A stretch of DNA of 64,000 bases from Epithemia pelagica (GCA_946965045.2 OX337234.1:434001-498000); one strand, 5' to 3'; shown: positions 19,815 to 32,917, numbered from the stretch's first letter. Notes: generated from the letters alone by a model not told the origin. Translations and numbers: made by a program.

Positions 19815-20278
19815 AAACCGAGAGAGCGATTGAACGAGCGAGACTTTTGTTGGGACTCACACAACTCACACGATTGTCGTCTCACGTCTTTGACAGGCTC
19901 CTTGCAAGGAGATTCCGTGCAGCGCGATTCGTATCGACCCGCCGCCTGGACGCAAGCAGCGTAACAAAAACCACTCCTACCGATATATCCCTATGAGAGA
20001 CGACACAAACTCGTCTGTGGTGTAGGTATAGTGTTGTGGTGGTTCCTCGGTCAGGAAAGGTTTCCTGCACACTATATACTGGAAGAACAAGCGACAGGAT
20101 CGTGTGTCATTTCTGAACCACACTCTGTCTCCACCCTATCTCTACCTATAGTATAAATGTATATAAAGTCTGCATCCTCCATGTAGGAATTACGAATTAC
20201 AAATCGAGAGAGCCTGTCGTTGCGGATCATCTCAATCTTTTTCTACATTCTGCCGGTAGACATTTTGTGTGTGTGTCG

Positions 20279-21838
20279 TTATTTCTTTTTGCGTCCCTTT
20301 TTCTTTTGAGTGGTACGGCGGTTCGTGGTACCACCAAATCCCATGGAACTTTTCAAATCGATTGTTGTTGTCAAAGTGTCCAATACAACTTGCGGAACGG
20401 CGCGTCGTTCTTTCGCTTGTTGAAGCAAGGCTTGTGTTTGGTCGGGGGGTCCATGGACACTGGTGGTGGCCAATTCCGGCACGTCCAAACAATCCCAAAT
20501 AAATTGCAAGGCCTGTTTTTCGATAGTGGTCAACTCGGGATGCCACACACGCATCATGAGAATGGTCCGCGGTTCGGGTGTCCAATTCACGGCATTGTGT
20601 TGGAGACTGGTATCAAAGACCATGACATGACCGGCCTGCCAGGCCTCGACTTGATTGCCCACTCGCAATTCGCAATAGCGGCGGCGGACAGTGTCCTTGT
20701 TGTTGTCGTTGTCGTCCATGTCCTTGTCGTCATTGGGTGACGTTGTCGTTGTCGTTGTGGTACTGGGAATTTGAATGCCCAAATGACTGGTCAGGACAAA
20801 ATTGGTTTGATCGGAATGCGTGGGAATGGTGGCCCAGGGATCCATGCGGGCAAAAAAGACTTCAACGGCGGGAACACCCGCCTCGTGAATGGCCCGTGCC
20901 GTTTGGGGAAAGAATTGGACATTGGTCTCGTCCCAGACACCCCGATCCATTAATACCAAGGTTTTCCAGCCACGTCCATAATTCGCCGCCGCTTCCTCGG
21001 TCAAGGCGGCCGACCACACATTGTTGCCCTCTTCCGACAAGGTCTGTGCATTCCGTTCCATGACATTTGTAAATTCTTGACAAATGGCGGCTCCAAATTT
21101 GCTTTGCAACTCGATGGCCCACGCCATGTCGGGTCTAGTGGTGGTGGTTGTGGATGTGGTGGCGTCTTTCCAAAATTCCTGGACCGTCAATCCTGGTACA
21201 TGCGAATGACACTGCTGCACTCGCAAATCCTCGGTTGTGCGAGTGACGGGAATGGGGTCGTCGTCGTCGACTCGACTGGTGGTGGTGTCCAGACGGTCCT
21301 TCTTGTCGTTGTCGTCGTCCTGCAACACGACGGGTTGTTGATATTCCACATTGGCCTCCAATCGACGCCAACAGTGCAAGACACGATCCACGTGCTCAGC
21401 CCCAAAATTCACCGTCAAGGCCTGTTCGACTTGTCCGGCAAAGGTATGCAAGGGCAAGGGCGTCGACAAGAAGGAGGATGACGAGGATGAATCGCTCGTA
21501 GAAGGAGTGGTAAATGCTGCCTCATTGGTAGACGAAGACGACGACGACAAGGAGAACAAGGACGTGCGAGAGAAGAGTGGTAGCCTGGAACAAGAGGAGG
21601 GAAAAACGGGTCGTCGTTGGGCCCAATCCGGAGACGACCAAAAGAAATTCTTGTAGGACGACACGGTCATACTGTCAAACGCCTGTACCACCATGGATGG
21701 AATCAGTATTGTCAATCTCACCCAAAGGAGGAATAGGGCGACCATTATCGACGATGACAACGACAACACCATGGTCCTCCTCCTCCTTCTTGGTATTCTT
21801 GTGTTGTTATTGCTGCTATTCTTCACGACGAATGTCAT
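20279..21838 (-). CDS. Aspartyl/asparaginyl beta-hydroxylase-family 2OG-Fe(II) dioxygenase
   Basis: FFARM.P...IPTHSD.TNFVLT.HLGI, W..G...VFDTSLQH.A.N, R.ILMM.VWHP; leader with VVQAF. Confidence 0.85.
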   Translation of the reverse strand: MTFVVKNSSNNNTRIPRRRRRTMVLSLSSSIMVALFLLWVRLTILIPSMVVQAFDSMTVSSYKNFFWSSPDWAQRRPVFPSSCSRLPLFSRTSLFSLSSSSSSTNEAAFTTPSTSDSSSSSSFLSTPLPLHTFAGQVEQALTVNFGAEHVDRVLHCWRRLEANVEYQQPVVLQDDDNDKKDRLDTTTSRVDDDDPIPVTRTTEDLRVQQCHSHVPGLTVQEFWKDATTSTTTTTRPDMAWAIELQSKFGAAICQEFTNVMERNAQTLSEEGNNVWSAALTEEAAANYGRGWKTLVLMDRGVWDETNVQFFPQTARAIHEAGVPAVEVFFARMDPWATIPTHSDQTNFVLTSHLGIQIPSTTTTTTTSPNDDKDMDDNDNNKDTVRRRYCELRVGNQVEAWQAGHVMVFDTSLQHNAVNWTPEPRTILMMRVWHPELTTIEKQALQFIWDCLDVPELATTSVHGPPDQTQALLQQAKERRAVPQVVLDTLTTTIDLKSSMGFGGTTNRRTTQKKKGRKKK

Positions 21839-22433
21839 CCTCTGTCATATATATGCTTTTGTTGGTCGGAACTGAAACCAACGTGGGAGAACACACACGA
21901 GTCCTTCACACCCCTTTCTCTCTCTCTCTTTCTCTTTTGGTGTGTTGTTTCTCTACTGGACACACCAAGCAAAGAGAGCGAACGACGAGATCGATGGATC
22001 TTTAAGAGAACAAAAACAAAATACGATGGTGTGTGTGGTGCGTATGTGATGGTATGGGGCGGACGGGCGGAAGGAAGATTTGTGTCGTCTTTGGGTCTCA
22101 TATAGGTCACTTGTTGTGTCCCGAATTCTCTATCCCGGTTCCCGCTATTCGCATCTTTCCATTACTCCTACTCCTAGGAGGAGTAGCTACTCCTAGTAGA
22201 TATCCCTCTATCATCATCCTCATACCCTTAGCTACGGCGGAATAGGGGAACGGAAGAATGATTCTCTCTCTCTTTCTCTCTCTGTGCAGGACACTTGACC
22301 AATCATCCATCCTCTCCCTCTGTGGATGAACCAACCAGAAACCACAGCAAACGCTGACACGCTCACCAGAGTCGAAAGAAGGATGCTGCTGCTGTGCACA
22401 CAGAGGGACACGTGGGGCGTGGTTTTGGTTCCG

Positions 22434-22497
22434 CCGTGTTGTTCTTGTCTCTTTCAGGTGGAATGCCGTGTTGTTCTTGTCTCTTTCAGGTGGAATG
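22434..22497 (+). repeat. Perfect 2x32-bp tandem duplication
   Basis: CCGTGTTGTTCTTGTCTCTTTCAGGTGGAATG occurs at 22434-22465 and 22466-22497. Confidence 0.9.
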
Positions 22498-22820
22498 CCA
22501 TACACTAATTCAACAATCGAGACACCATTCGTTTGTCTCTGGTGTGTGCGTGTGTGCACAGGAAAATAGTCGGGTGTGGGGGGCATGCATCGACTGGTTG
22601 GCCCATTCACCTTGTTCCTATTGCCAAAGTTGTTGTTTCCAATGCTCCCAGAGAATCGGAACAAAACGCATGCAACTAGTAATTAAACCTTTGTTACTCT
22701 CCATCGTGTGTGGATTATGCAATGACGAGCTATTCTCGATATAAAGTATAAGAGAGTAGGGTGACACAAGAAAACAGCGTCCCCCCACACCATGCCCATT
22801 GGACTGCCTCCTTGGTCGTT

Positions 22821-24378
22821 CTAGACAACGGACGAAATGACGGGCATGGCCACGGCCATGGGAGGCGGATGGTCCTTAAACTGGGAGGACGACGAATTGT
22901 TGGGATCTTGCAGTCCATCTTCGGCTCCATAATCCATGGGCGTTTCATGATAATTGGCGGTATGATTGGACAGTTGAATCACGGTGCAGCAGGGACAACA
23001 GACCATGCAACAACAATCGGTGCAATCGTCGCCGGGAATGGCATATTTTCGACGCACGTGCATGCGGGTTTTGGTACCGACAATAATAATAAAGAGACGC
23101 ATGGCCCAGAGCAACCCTTGATGGACCATGGCCACAAACCGTGCGGCACCCGGAACCGTCACATAATCGATTTCAGGCGTTGTCGAGGGATGTTGACTTT
23201 GATCCATGCCATCTTCAAAACCGGCGACAAACCCCACCACAAAGCCAATACTATCCATACCAATCGTGACCAAAAAGAGCGTGCCCAACAAGAATCGAAA
23301 GGACGTCGGTTGATCCAAAAAGCAGCGATAATAACAGGCGGATCCCAATAAAAAGGCCACGACAAAGACATCAAAAATCGTTTCCACCGTTCCCAAACTC
23401 AGAACGGATTGATTGACATGATTGACGGGATATTGGACCACCTCCTTCATGGTCATGGTGGGCACATTGGGTGCCAAGGCCTTGTACAAGGCTTGCAATC
23501 CACGGACACTGGTCATCCAAACACAAAAGATAATCATGGCCCAGCGAAAGGTACTGGGACCGCGGTTGTTCTGATTCGTCGTACTACTAGTACTCTTTTC
23601 TTCCGCCCACAAATTCAAATTCAATCGGGTTTGGACTTGAGCCAGGGGCAGAGCGGCATAACACCACGTCATGATCCACAAGGGATGAAAAAAGCCATGG
23701 GTACAACAATCGCAAAATCCAGTCCGCCATTCTCCCACTGGAATGCCATCCACACCTCGTGTCGCCGTCGATGCATCGTGAGGATTGATAAATTCGACCG
23801 GTCCCACAAAAGATTCGCCGGCGGAAACGCCACCACGAGGCTAATAGTATCGAATATTCCAATAGAGGAACCAAATAATGAATAGCGGAATAGCGGTGTT
23901 TTGAAAAGGAGAGAGGAGCGCGTTCGTTCCGTTTACCAACAAAAACCAACAGCACCCAGTCATTCACCACCGTCGTTGTCATCGTCATCATTAGAAGTAT
24001 CATCAAGAGCAATAATAAGAGAGGTATATGAGATTGTTCCACTAGATTCCTTCACACGGACTATACTCGACACCAAATCAACACGGCACCCAAATTGAAT
24101 CCAACGATACCATGTTCACAAACCTGCACCAAATCAGACTCCACACACGAGACCATATTTGTATATGTCATACGTACCACAATCACCACGGCCGCTTTGC
24201 CATCGACTTGCACATTGAGGGCAAATCCTTGTTGCAAATCTGACGGAGCCGTGACTTGGACCGACAACTTTTTGGCTTCGACGGCCACTTGAGGTACCAA
24301 GGACGCTGAAGTTGCTTCAATGTCGCTCGTTTCGACCGCCGTGTACTGGCCCGCCTTGCTGTTGTTGTTACTGCTCAT
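22821..24378 (-). CDS. PLAC8-family cysteine-rich membrane protein, two exons
   Basis: Exon 1 24378-24178 (MSSNNN...VTAPSDLQQGFALNVQVDG...IV), GT-AG intron 24177-23841, exon 2 23840-22821 (PRGGVSAGESF...GEWRTGFCDCC...VRRKYAIPG...DCCCMVCCPCCTVIQL). Confidence 0.85.
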
Positions 24379-25821
24379 GGTTACGGCTTGAGGTTGGCGC
24401 GATTGGTCTGTGGATGGAATAGGCAAAAGAGTACAATCTCTTGCTTCACGAAAAGATCGAAATCGCTAGTTGCGTCACACACACGGAGAATGGGGTATCG
24501 TTGTCAACGTTGTCGTCTTGTCTCTTCTTTTTCTGTAGTGTGGTATCCTTTTCGTTTTGTTCCTTCACTCTCGGCCTCTAAGGATTCAACACCACCACGT
24601 TTGAATCTTTGGAGTGAAAGTCTAACAGACATTTGTGTGGGTTTGACACGATTGATCTTTCGGAACGAGACATCATGGATTACGTCCCATCGGTCGTATA
24701 TATTAGATATAGTCGCATAAGAGTCATGAATCCAGAGTCCAATCACTGTTATTGCAGCTTAGATCTGAATCAATAATTCTCATGATCCACAGACGCGGGG
24801 GATTACATTGTGCATCCTAATCACGATTACGAGAATTTGAAGAATGAAGCTTCGATGAACGCCATGTGGAACATTATACTATACAAAACATAGAGCTACG
24901 AGAAGTGAGGCTAGAGAGAGATCTTCAAAATTGGGCGTCTTGTTACAGAAACCACGCGACAGTGGTGTCGTCTCACATCTACATCTTGCCGACGACTGCG
25001 ACCAAGTTGTAGACTGCCGTGGTTGGGAAGCGTCATGCAGTATCAGACCTCTCTTGGTATCATTGTCCCGAGACGCACTGCTGGACCACAAAGGAGTGAC
25101 AGACTATACCTCTAGGTAGGAGTACTTTGTTGTGGCGGTAGCAGTGATCGATGGAACTGCATCCGTACTACTGCTGCAACTGTCGAAACGTAATAGTATT
25201 CGCATGCAGTCTCTTGGAATGTGTTTCCATTCCTCCTCAACCATGGAGGTTTCCAGCAGGGAGACTCCTACTCTCTCTTCTTTTGCGAGTTCCTTGTGAA
25301 ACTCTCTTTTCGCCATATCCCTCTCATCAACACTACCACACGGCATGTCCGAAACTGCAATCCCGACCCCCCTCGCAAAGCTTCTTGGGAAAGCTAGATC
25401 GGTAAATGTACTCGAGGCTCTTCTCTCTTGAGGAGTATCGAAGAAGGGAGGCTAGAACGCTGCCGCATGGACCCACTCGAACGGTAATCGCCTTGCGGGT
25501 AGACTGAATAGGCTAGGAGGATATGGGATGGACTCCAAGATTATAGACATAGCCTCCTAACCTTAGGAGCTGTGCCCCGGGACAGGGACCTATCCGCGAC
25601 GGAATCATCAGCGGCGAGATTTGCGACCGGCGATGACGCAGATCTTTGCCCCTTTGCAAGATCGCGTACTTTGGCATTTGGCACCAGATGCGCAATCTTT
25701 GTCATTCGTCTCCTTTGTGGTATACACCTCTACGCATCATCCTTTTAGAGAGAGAGAGAGACTGTGGACATCTCGAGCCCATCACGCAAACGTCAAGTGT
25801 AGTATCATCACCATCATCATC

Positions 25822-27078
25822 ATGTCGATTGCTGTAACACTGCTTCCACCACGACGAGGGACGGTAGTGCTGTCGTTGGTGCTGCTTTTGGCGGTGGCCC
25901 TTCCACACCCCAGTTGGTCCTTTGTTATGGCCGCAACCGCTGCATCGACGAATAGCATCAGTGCCTCCAGTTCGAGTTCGACCACCTCCACCACACCATG
26001 CGTCACGAAACTGGCGGCATCCACGACGGAACCATCGACTACAACGACCACAATGGATGCCGAATCGACAACGACGACGACGAAAACTCGAAAATCTTTG
26101 CGGCAACGACTCGGCACTTTATTCCGGGGACGCAAGGAACGGACCCGTGACGAATTGAAATTGGGCATTGCCGGGTTTTACGATCGATCGTCGCAATTGT
26201 GGGAAGAAGTCTGGGGCGAACACATGCATCATGGCTATTATGTTCCCGAAGATCGAACCGATCATCAACAAGCTCAAATTGATTTGATTGATCAAGTCCT
26301 AGCGTGGTCCCATGTGGACTCGACCACGACAAAAGTCACATCGGTCGTCGATGTCGGATGTGGCATTGGTGGATCGTCGCGACACATTGCGCGCCAATAC
26401 CCCGGGGCCAAGGTGCAAGGCATTACCCTCAGTCCCTACCAAGCTGGTCGCGCCAATGAATTGTCGGCCCAACAAGGATTGGACTCGCAATGTTCCTTTC
26501 AAGTGGCGGATGCCTTGCAAATGCCCTTTGCCGACAATTCCTTTGATTTGGTCTGGAGTTTGGAATCGGGCGAACACATGCCCGACAAACCGCAATTTGT
26601 TTCCGAATTGTTTCGTGTCTGTCAACCGGGAGGACGCATTATTCTTGTCACCTGGACGCATCGCGACTTGGCCGACGACGAAACCGCCTTGACACGAGCC
26701 GAAACCCGCTTGTTGGATCGGATCAATCGCGCCTATTATTTGCCTCAATGGTGCAGTGGCAAAGACTATGTCCACTGGTTGCAAGAGATTGGCGGTGCGA
26801 CTCAGGTCCAACGAGAAGATTGGTCCTATATCATTGCGCCCTTTTGGAAGGCTGTCATTCAATCCTCGCTCAATCTCAAGTCACTGTGGGGACTCGTCAA
26901 ATCCGGACCCTCCACCATTCGGGGCGCCTATGCCATGTTTCTCATGTTGCGAGGATATCGCATGGGACTCATCAAATTTGATTTGCTCACCTGTACCAAA
27001 CCCCTGCCACCGACGGAACCAACGACAACAACAACATCAGAACCAATTCCCGACGAAGAGCCCAAAAGCGAGGAATAG
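25822..27078 (+). CDS. VTE4: Gamma-tocopherol C-methyltransferase with signal/plastid presequence
   Basis: IAGFYDRSSQLWEEVWGEHMHHGYY, SAM motif VDVGCGIGGSSR, FADNSFDLVWSLESGEHMPDK, ILVTWTHR. Start placed at ATG 25822. Confidence 0.9.
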   Translation: MSIAVTLLPPRRGTVVLSLVLLLAVALPHPSWSFVMAATAASTNSISASSSSSTTSTTPCVTKLAASTTEPSTTTTTMDAESTTTTTKTRKSLRQRLGTLFRGRKERTRDELKLGIAGFYDRSSQLWEEVWGEHMHHGYYVPEDRTDHQQAQIDLIDQVLAWSHVDSTTTKVTSVVDVGCGIGGSSRHIARQYPGAKVQGITLSPYQAGRANELSAQQGLDSQCSFQVADALQMPFADNSFDLVWSLESGEHMPDKPQFVSELFRVCQPGGRIILVTWTHRDLADDETALTRAETRLLDRINRAYYLPQWCSGKDYVHWLQEIGGATQVQREDWSYIIAPFWKAVIQSSLNLKSLWGLVKSGPSTIRGAYAMFLMLRGYRMGLIKFDLLTCTKPLPPTEPTTTTTSEPIPDEEPKSEE

Positions 27079-27779
27079 ATGGAATCCAGATTGCCATACA
27101 AACTAGGTGGGAGATGATCCGTTTCTCAATGAATTTTAATCTCACGACAACCTAACGCAACTAGCAACTAGTTTGCTCCACGTTTCCACCTAGGCACACC
27201 AATCGATGGCTGAATCCCTTGGTTCGATACAAACTATAGGATAGAGCGCAGGTTCACTTCGTGAGACAATAACTATAACATGCTTCGAGCTCAGTGTCCT
27301 GAAATACATCACAATTGGGGGAACTGTTGAACGGCCTCCTCCATGATGCAAGTAGAACAAACGACGACTGTCACACAATTGATTGGAGTACACAGCGTTC
27401 CAATCTCAACGGACGTACAATCTCTGTGGGGATCGCAGTGATTTCTTCCAATGGATCATCACCTCTTCTGCTACTACCAAGCCGCATTGCCGAATAAACC
27501 AATCAACCAACAACAAAGTTCCAGATAAAATCAAAGACATTGTATCCACTACAATACTGCCAGCATGCTCACCACATCATGCATAATACTCTCGTCCCCA
27601 AGCAAACAACACACCAGGGACTCCCCGAACAACAGGAACGAAACAAAACGGAACATTCGACGCAATTCTGGAGGAGTACAGTTGAAATAGATCCAGTCCA
27701 AGAATCTGCATGATTCTTTAATAAAATAGTCATACGAATTTGATAAAGTACGGGCATTCCAATCTCCTTTTCCGGTTGT

Positions 27780-28271
27780 TTAATGGTGATCACCTCCGCC
27801 ATGTCGCTCATAGTACTCCTTCAAGGCAGTCTTTTTTACATCCTTCTTGTGTTCAATGACGGAACCTGTGCATCACAGCCACACACGTATTCATTTCGTT
27901 AGTTTGTATACAACAAAAAGAACGGCAGCCCACTCTTTTCGCACTTACGTTTGTAGGCAAAGTAGTTGACCGAATACATGGTGGCGGACACAAACAACAT
28001 GATGTGCCACAGGGGGACAACACTGAAAAAAAATAGCCGCACGAGACCCAAAACGAAAACAATGTGAGAGTTTGTCCTTCTTCTCCTGGTATGGAACCCA
28101 CGATCAACAACAACAACGCCAATCATTTTTGGAACCCAACAACAACAACAACGGCAATCCACAACACCCAAGGACGACAGACGTGCGTACGGACCTTCCT
28201 TGTCGAAACATGGGATGGTAGTAATTGTGGAGGCGCCCCCACGCTTTGTCCCATGCATTTGAAATGTTCAT
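27780..28271 (-). CDS. Three-exon 78-aa single-TM protein, mitochondrial ATP synthase subunit f-like (not in ORF track)
   Basis: Exons 28271-28195, 28022-27949 and 27865-27780 with GT-AG introns of 172 and 83 nt splice in frame to MNISNAWDKAWGRLHNYYHPMFRQGSVVPLWHIMLFVSATMYSVNYFAYKRSVIEHKKDVKKTALKEYYERHGGGDHH*. The PLWH...YS..Y segment recalls fungal Atp17. Confidence 0.72.
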
Positions 28272-29220
28272 TGTGAATTGCAACAAAGAAGAACAGAGAA
28301 GGAGGAGTTGGTGCTATTCCAATAGAGACGACACACAGAGCGACTTGATCGGTGCTGTGTTGAGGTGCTGTCGGTGTTGCCGCAGTGTGGTCATCGGCTG
28401 ACGTTCGTCCGTGCACTGATCGATCCATAGTCATGGGCTATCTGTGCTATGTATGTAAGATGGTCCTTAGCTAGTCCACCATGTCGGAGTACTTCGCCTT
28501 CAAGTCTCTTGGAATTGTCCGATACTCTCTGGTGGAGGATTCAATGCTACCTTTAGATGTACATCCATTGCAATATTTCGATGCTTATTGGAGTCTTTCT
28601 TCCTTTCGAGGTTTACAACAGTTTGGGTTTCACGGTCCTTTCGTAGGGTGCCACACTGAGTAATACGATACTCCTACCATGCTCTGAGAAGCGTTGACGT
28701 ACACACAATGTGCAATGCGAGCAGTTGTGTGTTTGGTTTGTATTTTGTATCCATACCAGAATTCCAAACAACTGCAAGATGCGCAAACATAAACATGTGT
28801 CTTGCAAACGAGTCATGCAATTCGTCTCCCAGCGATTCAAATTACGAATTGTGGTGCTGTTGGTGCCGGCGGGTAGCCTTACGCGGGCTACTCGGGAATG
28901 ATGAACAACGAATCTTTGTTCAGGTGTTCATCGGCCAATAGCCACTTGTATTGTAGCAAATGGAAAACTTCACGGGTAGAGTACGCATTCATTATTCATT
29001 CGCCCCGCGGGGTCTGTGTGACGAATCAGGTCACTTCTCGAAAACGAATGACCGGCTTGCGTGGACATTGCTGGCCATGCGCGGGAAGCGGAAGCATCTT
29101 CACATCACAGCTTCACAACAGGCCCACTTTTTTGTTTGTGGGAAGACCAAACGAGAGACAAAGGTATCGCAAGGTGGAAGTGGAACAATCATGTCACGAC
29201 CATTGCAGTAGTTCACCACG

Positions 29221-31496
29221 ATGAATGAGAACATCCCCGCCAATACGAGTGGATGGAATCTACCGGCTACCAACAACAGCCAAATGACCGGAAAAGCTGG
29301 AGGAAACTCGATCGAACTCTACGACAACCCTGACGATGAAACGGAAATTCTTGACGAAGAAGCCCAGAAAGCCTATCTCGACCAAATGTTTGATGAAGAA
29401 GATGCCGCAAAGATCCGAAAGCTACCCAAGATGAATTTTGGTGTAGCTGATCATGTCCTCAAGACGAAACTAAAGCCCCATCAAAAAGATGGACTACGAT
29501 GGCTCATCGCCCAAGAAACATCCCAACGCCCGAATCCTTTCTACACCGAAATGACCAACGCCAATGGGATGACCGTGTACCGATGTGTCCTCACGGGGAA
29601 GCATAAGCGAGATGGACCACCCAACTCGTTTCAAGGTGCTCTTCTCGCCGATGGTACGTACTCACATTTTAGCGTGTGAATGTATTGCTTCGTTGGTCTC
29701 ATGATCACACTTTCTTCCTTTTCTCGCAGATATGGGAATGGGTAAGACCCTCCAAGTTCTTTCTCTCATCATGTTTCATGCACCAAGGGTGGAAGATGCT
29801 TCACCAGTGACCCTTGTCGTGTGCCCTGTTTCTGCAATGGCGACTTGGGTAACACAAGTCGATAAGCACATTAAGGCAGGATATCTAAAATACTGTATCT
29901 ACACAGGTATGGTACCAGAGCTAGTGAAAAATTCTCAGCCAAGTCCAACTCACCCATCATCACAATCTCTCTCTTTCTCCTTCAGGTCCAAATCGGTTTG
30001 GGCATATTGCGGATATCGCCAATGGTCAATACAATGTCGTCTTTGTTTCGTATGGTACTTTGCGCTCGGACTATGATTTGTTTCAAAACGCGAAGATGGA
30101 AGGCACCTTGAAGCCAACTCTCTTCTACCTCAAGTACCTCCGCATTGTCCTGGATGAGGCGCATGAGATCCGGAATCATCAAGCCAAGACATTCAAGGCC
30201 ATCTCCAACATCACTGCATCGAACAAGGTCGCCGTGACTGGGACACCCTACGTCAATCGTCCAGATGACCTCTATGCTCTCATGGCCTTCTTCAGTGTAG
30301 AGCCCCTCAACCAACACACCATGTTTCAAAAGTACATTACGGACATGATCAAGAATGGACGTCCGTGTGGTTTGCGCCGCCTTCGACTCGCCATGGCGCA
30401 TATCTCTCTTCGCCGAACCAAGAAGGACACAGACCTTGGATTGCCGAAAAAGCAAATCAAGATAGTCAAGGTCGGCTTCAAAAGTGGTCCTCACAAACAA
30501 ATCTACGATGCCCTCTACAAGATCACACAAGCTGGCCTTGCTGCTGTTTGGAATGCCGAGGATCCTGAGATTCGGCTTGAAGGACGACGTTGTGCCTTTC
30601 TCATCTGCATGCGAATTCGGCAGGCATGTTGCAGCAGCAACATTTTCCCCGTGGAATTTCCCAAGAAAGTCCTTGGGATTGCCCAGCAAGTTAACGAATC
30701 AGTCCGCTACAGCCCAACTGACGGCCTCCACCTTTTGAAAACGCTTCAAGGTTACTCGCAGCTTTACGTCGATGCAGTCAAAAAGAAGAATGTCACTGAG
30801 AGTCAAATCGACGCTATCACCAACAGCGTTCGAGGCATGTCTTTGGTAAAAGAGGCTCAGTCGTTGGATCTTGGCCCTTCTCCCAAGATTGCGAAACTTG
30901 TGAAAATGATTGGAGCCATTCGTCAAGACGAAAAAGGTGTCATTTTCAGCTCCTTCACCTCTCTGTTGAAGGAGATTGGACGAGTTCTAGACGCCAATGG
31001 TATTGCTTTCACTCGCTTTGATGGACAAATGTCCGCAAGTCAACGTGTTACGGCATTGATTAACTTTGGTATGGACGATGGTCCTCGGATCATGTTGTGT
31101 TCGATCAACGCTGGAGCAGTGGGCATCAATCTTACGCGAGCGAATCATGTCTTCCTCATGGATCCTTGGTGGAATCAGGCCCTGGAATTTCAGGCGGCCG
31201 ATCGAGTCCACCGTATCGGTCAAGAACGTGTGGTTCACGTGAATCGCTTGTACATGGAGGGGACCATTGAAGAGCGCTTGTTGGAAATTCAGAAACACAA
31301 GGCCACCCTTGGTAGGGGCTCCATGGAGCGCTTGTCTCCTCGCGATGAGAAACGTGCCACCATGACAGCCATGAAGGATTTGTTTGAGATTCCTGAGTTC
31401 GATGCTCCCAGTGACCAGGAAGTTGAAGCCTTTCTCCGTAACAACAACAATGCTGCCGACGACGAATTCATTCGGGGCGATGACAACACGGACTAA
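29221..31496 (+). CDS. SNF2-family helicase/translocase (RAD5/RAD16/TTF2-like), three exons, no RING insert
   Basis: Exons 29221-29653, 29730-29906 and 29986-31496 splice in frame. Motifs LADDMGMGKT, TLVVCPVS, VLDEAHEIRN, VTGTP, INLTRANHVFLMDPWWN...QAADRVHRIGQ. Confidence 0.9.
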
Positions 31497-31984
31497 GGCG
31501 AGGAGAGGGTTTGTCCAATCACAAGGGGTTCAAAAATATTGGTTCCGGTTGGAACATTGCATGTTACACATGGTTTGCTTTGCTTCATGGTTCGTTTCCT
31601 TCTGTTGAGTGTTGAGTGCGACCGTATGATTATTTCGAGCGTCCTCGCAGCTGCTGCCAATTCGCCAGAGAGAAGGAGGCCGTTTCTTTTCATTTCCATT
31701 CTTTTACATGTCTCATCTACATAATTATCTTTAGTTTCATTGCGCAAGGTGTATAATCAGTCATCAACATGAATCCACTGCCCTTGTAGGATGCTCCATC
31801 TTCTGCCATTGTCATTGGTCATAACGAAAAGTAGAAGAGTAGGTGCGTCAGTCACGATCTAGTAGGAGTAGATTGAGTCCCGAATATTGCTTTTATCGGC
31901 CAAAATCCAGTGGCTTCTGGAAAACACCAACGAACAAAGAAACCTACTAGAGAAGCGCATCTTGAGAGAAGAAGAAGAGATCTT

Positions 31985-32917
31985 ATGAGATATTGTCGCT
32001 TCTCTCTGTTGGTCAATTTGCTGAGCAGCCGAAGCAGTAATAGTATCCGAGGAGGAAGCATCACCCGAGGAATCGGCAGTCCACCACCCCTCCACGGTAT
32101 TATTGCTCGTGGTGGTGGTGGTGGCATACCTACGACTACAACTGCCTTGTCTATTTCCAGTACTGTGGCATCCCTCATGAGTCGCAACATTCCTTCGAAT
32201 CCAAACGACGACGGCAACAACAAGAATGAGATCCTCGACTTTTTGCCCTCCCTTGTTCTCCTGGGTGATCGTCATCTCATGACACCCTGTCCACCCTACG
32301 AACTCCCTCCCACCACGGTGGAGGATGATGATGAAATGCCCAATGCCATGATGCAACAAGAAGAAATGCAACAACAATTGACCATGCTCAAGCAATGTCA
32401 AAAAAAGTATGGTGGCATTGGCATTGCCGCTAGTCAAGTGGGATGGCGGACCCGGATCTTTTCCATGGGCATTGAGGCTCAAGATACGGCCGCACAAGCA
32501 CGGTATCCCGCAGCTCCGCTCTTTCCCTTTCAATTTTGGATCAATCCCACCCTCACCTTTGTCAACGAAACCGATACCTGTTGGTTTTGGGAAGGTTGTT
32601 TGTCGGTCCCCGGCATGCGGGGATGGGTCGAACGACCCAAACAAGTCCAATTGCAAGGCCATCGAATTCTGGACGACAGCAACAACAAGAATGGTGGTCT
32701 AGTCCTGGAAGAGACCACGGTTACCTTGGATGGATTGGCCTCTCGCGTCGCCCAACATGAATTTGATCATCTCAATGGCATTTTGTTTCCCCAACGGGCC
32801 ATGGCCGGTACCTTGGTACCCGTACCAGCCTTTGACAACCAAGACAATTGGTTGGACGAGTGGCCGGCACCTGGAGCACGCATGACCAAGCCAGGAAGCT
32901 TTTCCGAAACAGCCTAA
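31985..32917 (+). CDS. PDF: Peptide deformylase with organellar presequence
   Basis: Signature motifs GGIGIAASQVG, EGCLSV, QHEFDHLNG. Start placed at ATG 31985; the ORF track starts at 31910. Confidence 0.92.
   Translation: MRYCRFSLLVNLLSSRSSNSIRGGSITRGIGSPPPLHGIIARGGGGGIPTTTTALSISSTVASLMSRNIPSNPNDDGNNKNEILDFLPSLVLLGDRHLMTPCPPYELPPTTVEDDDEMPNAMMQQEEMQQQLTMLKQCQKKYGGIGIAASQVGWRTRIFSMGIEAQDTAAQARYPAAPLFPFQFWINPTLTFVNETDTCWFWEGCLSVPGMRGWVERPKQVQLQGHRILDDSNNKNGGLVLEETTVTLDGLASRVAQHEFDHLNGILFPQRAMAGTLVPVPAFDNQDNWLDEWPAPGARMTKPGSFSETA

Noticed and set aside
25104-25405. Short ORFs in the PLAC8-VTE4 intergenic region
   Set aside because: No homology cues and no coherent splice model.
15441-27078. 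Biosynthetic gene cluster of presequence-bearing enzymes (FAD synthase, hydroxylases, VTE4)
   Set aside because: No shared pathway logic; plastid-targeted genes are common, so adjacency is unremarkable.
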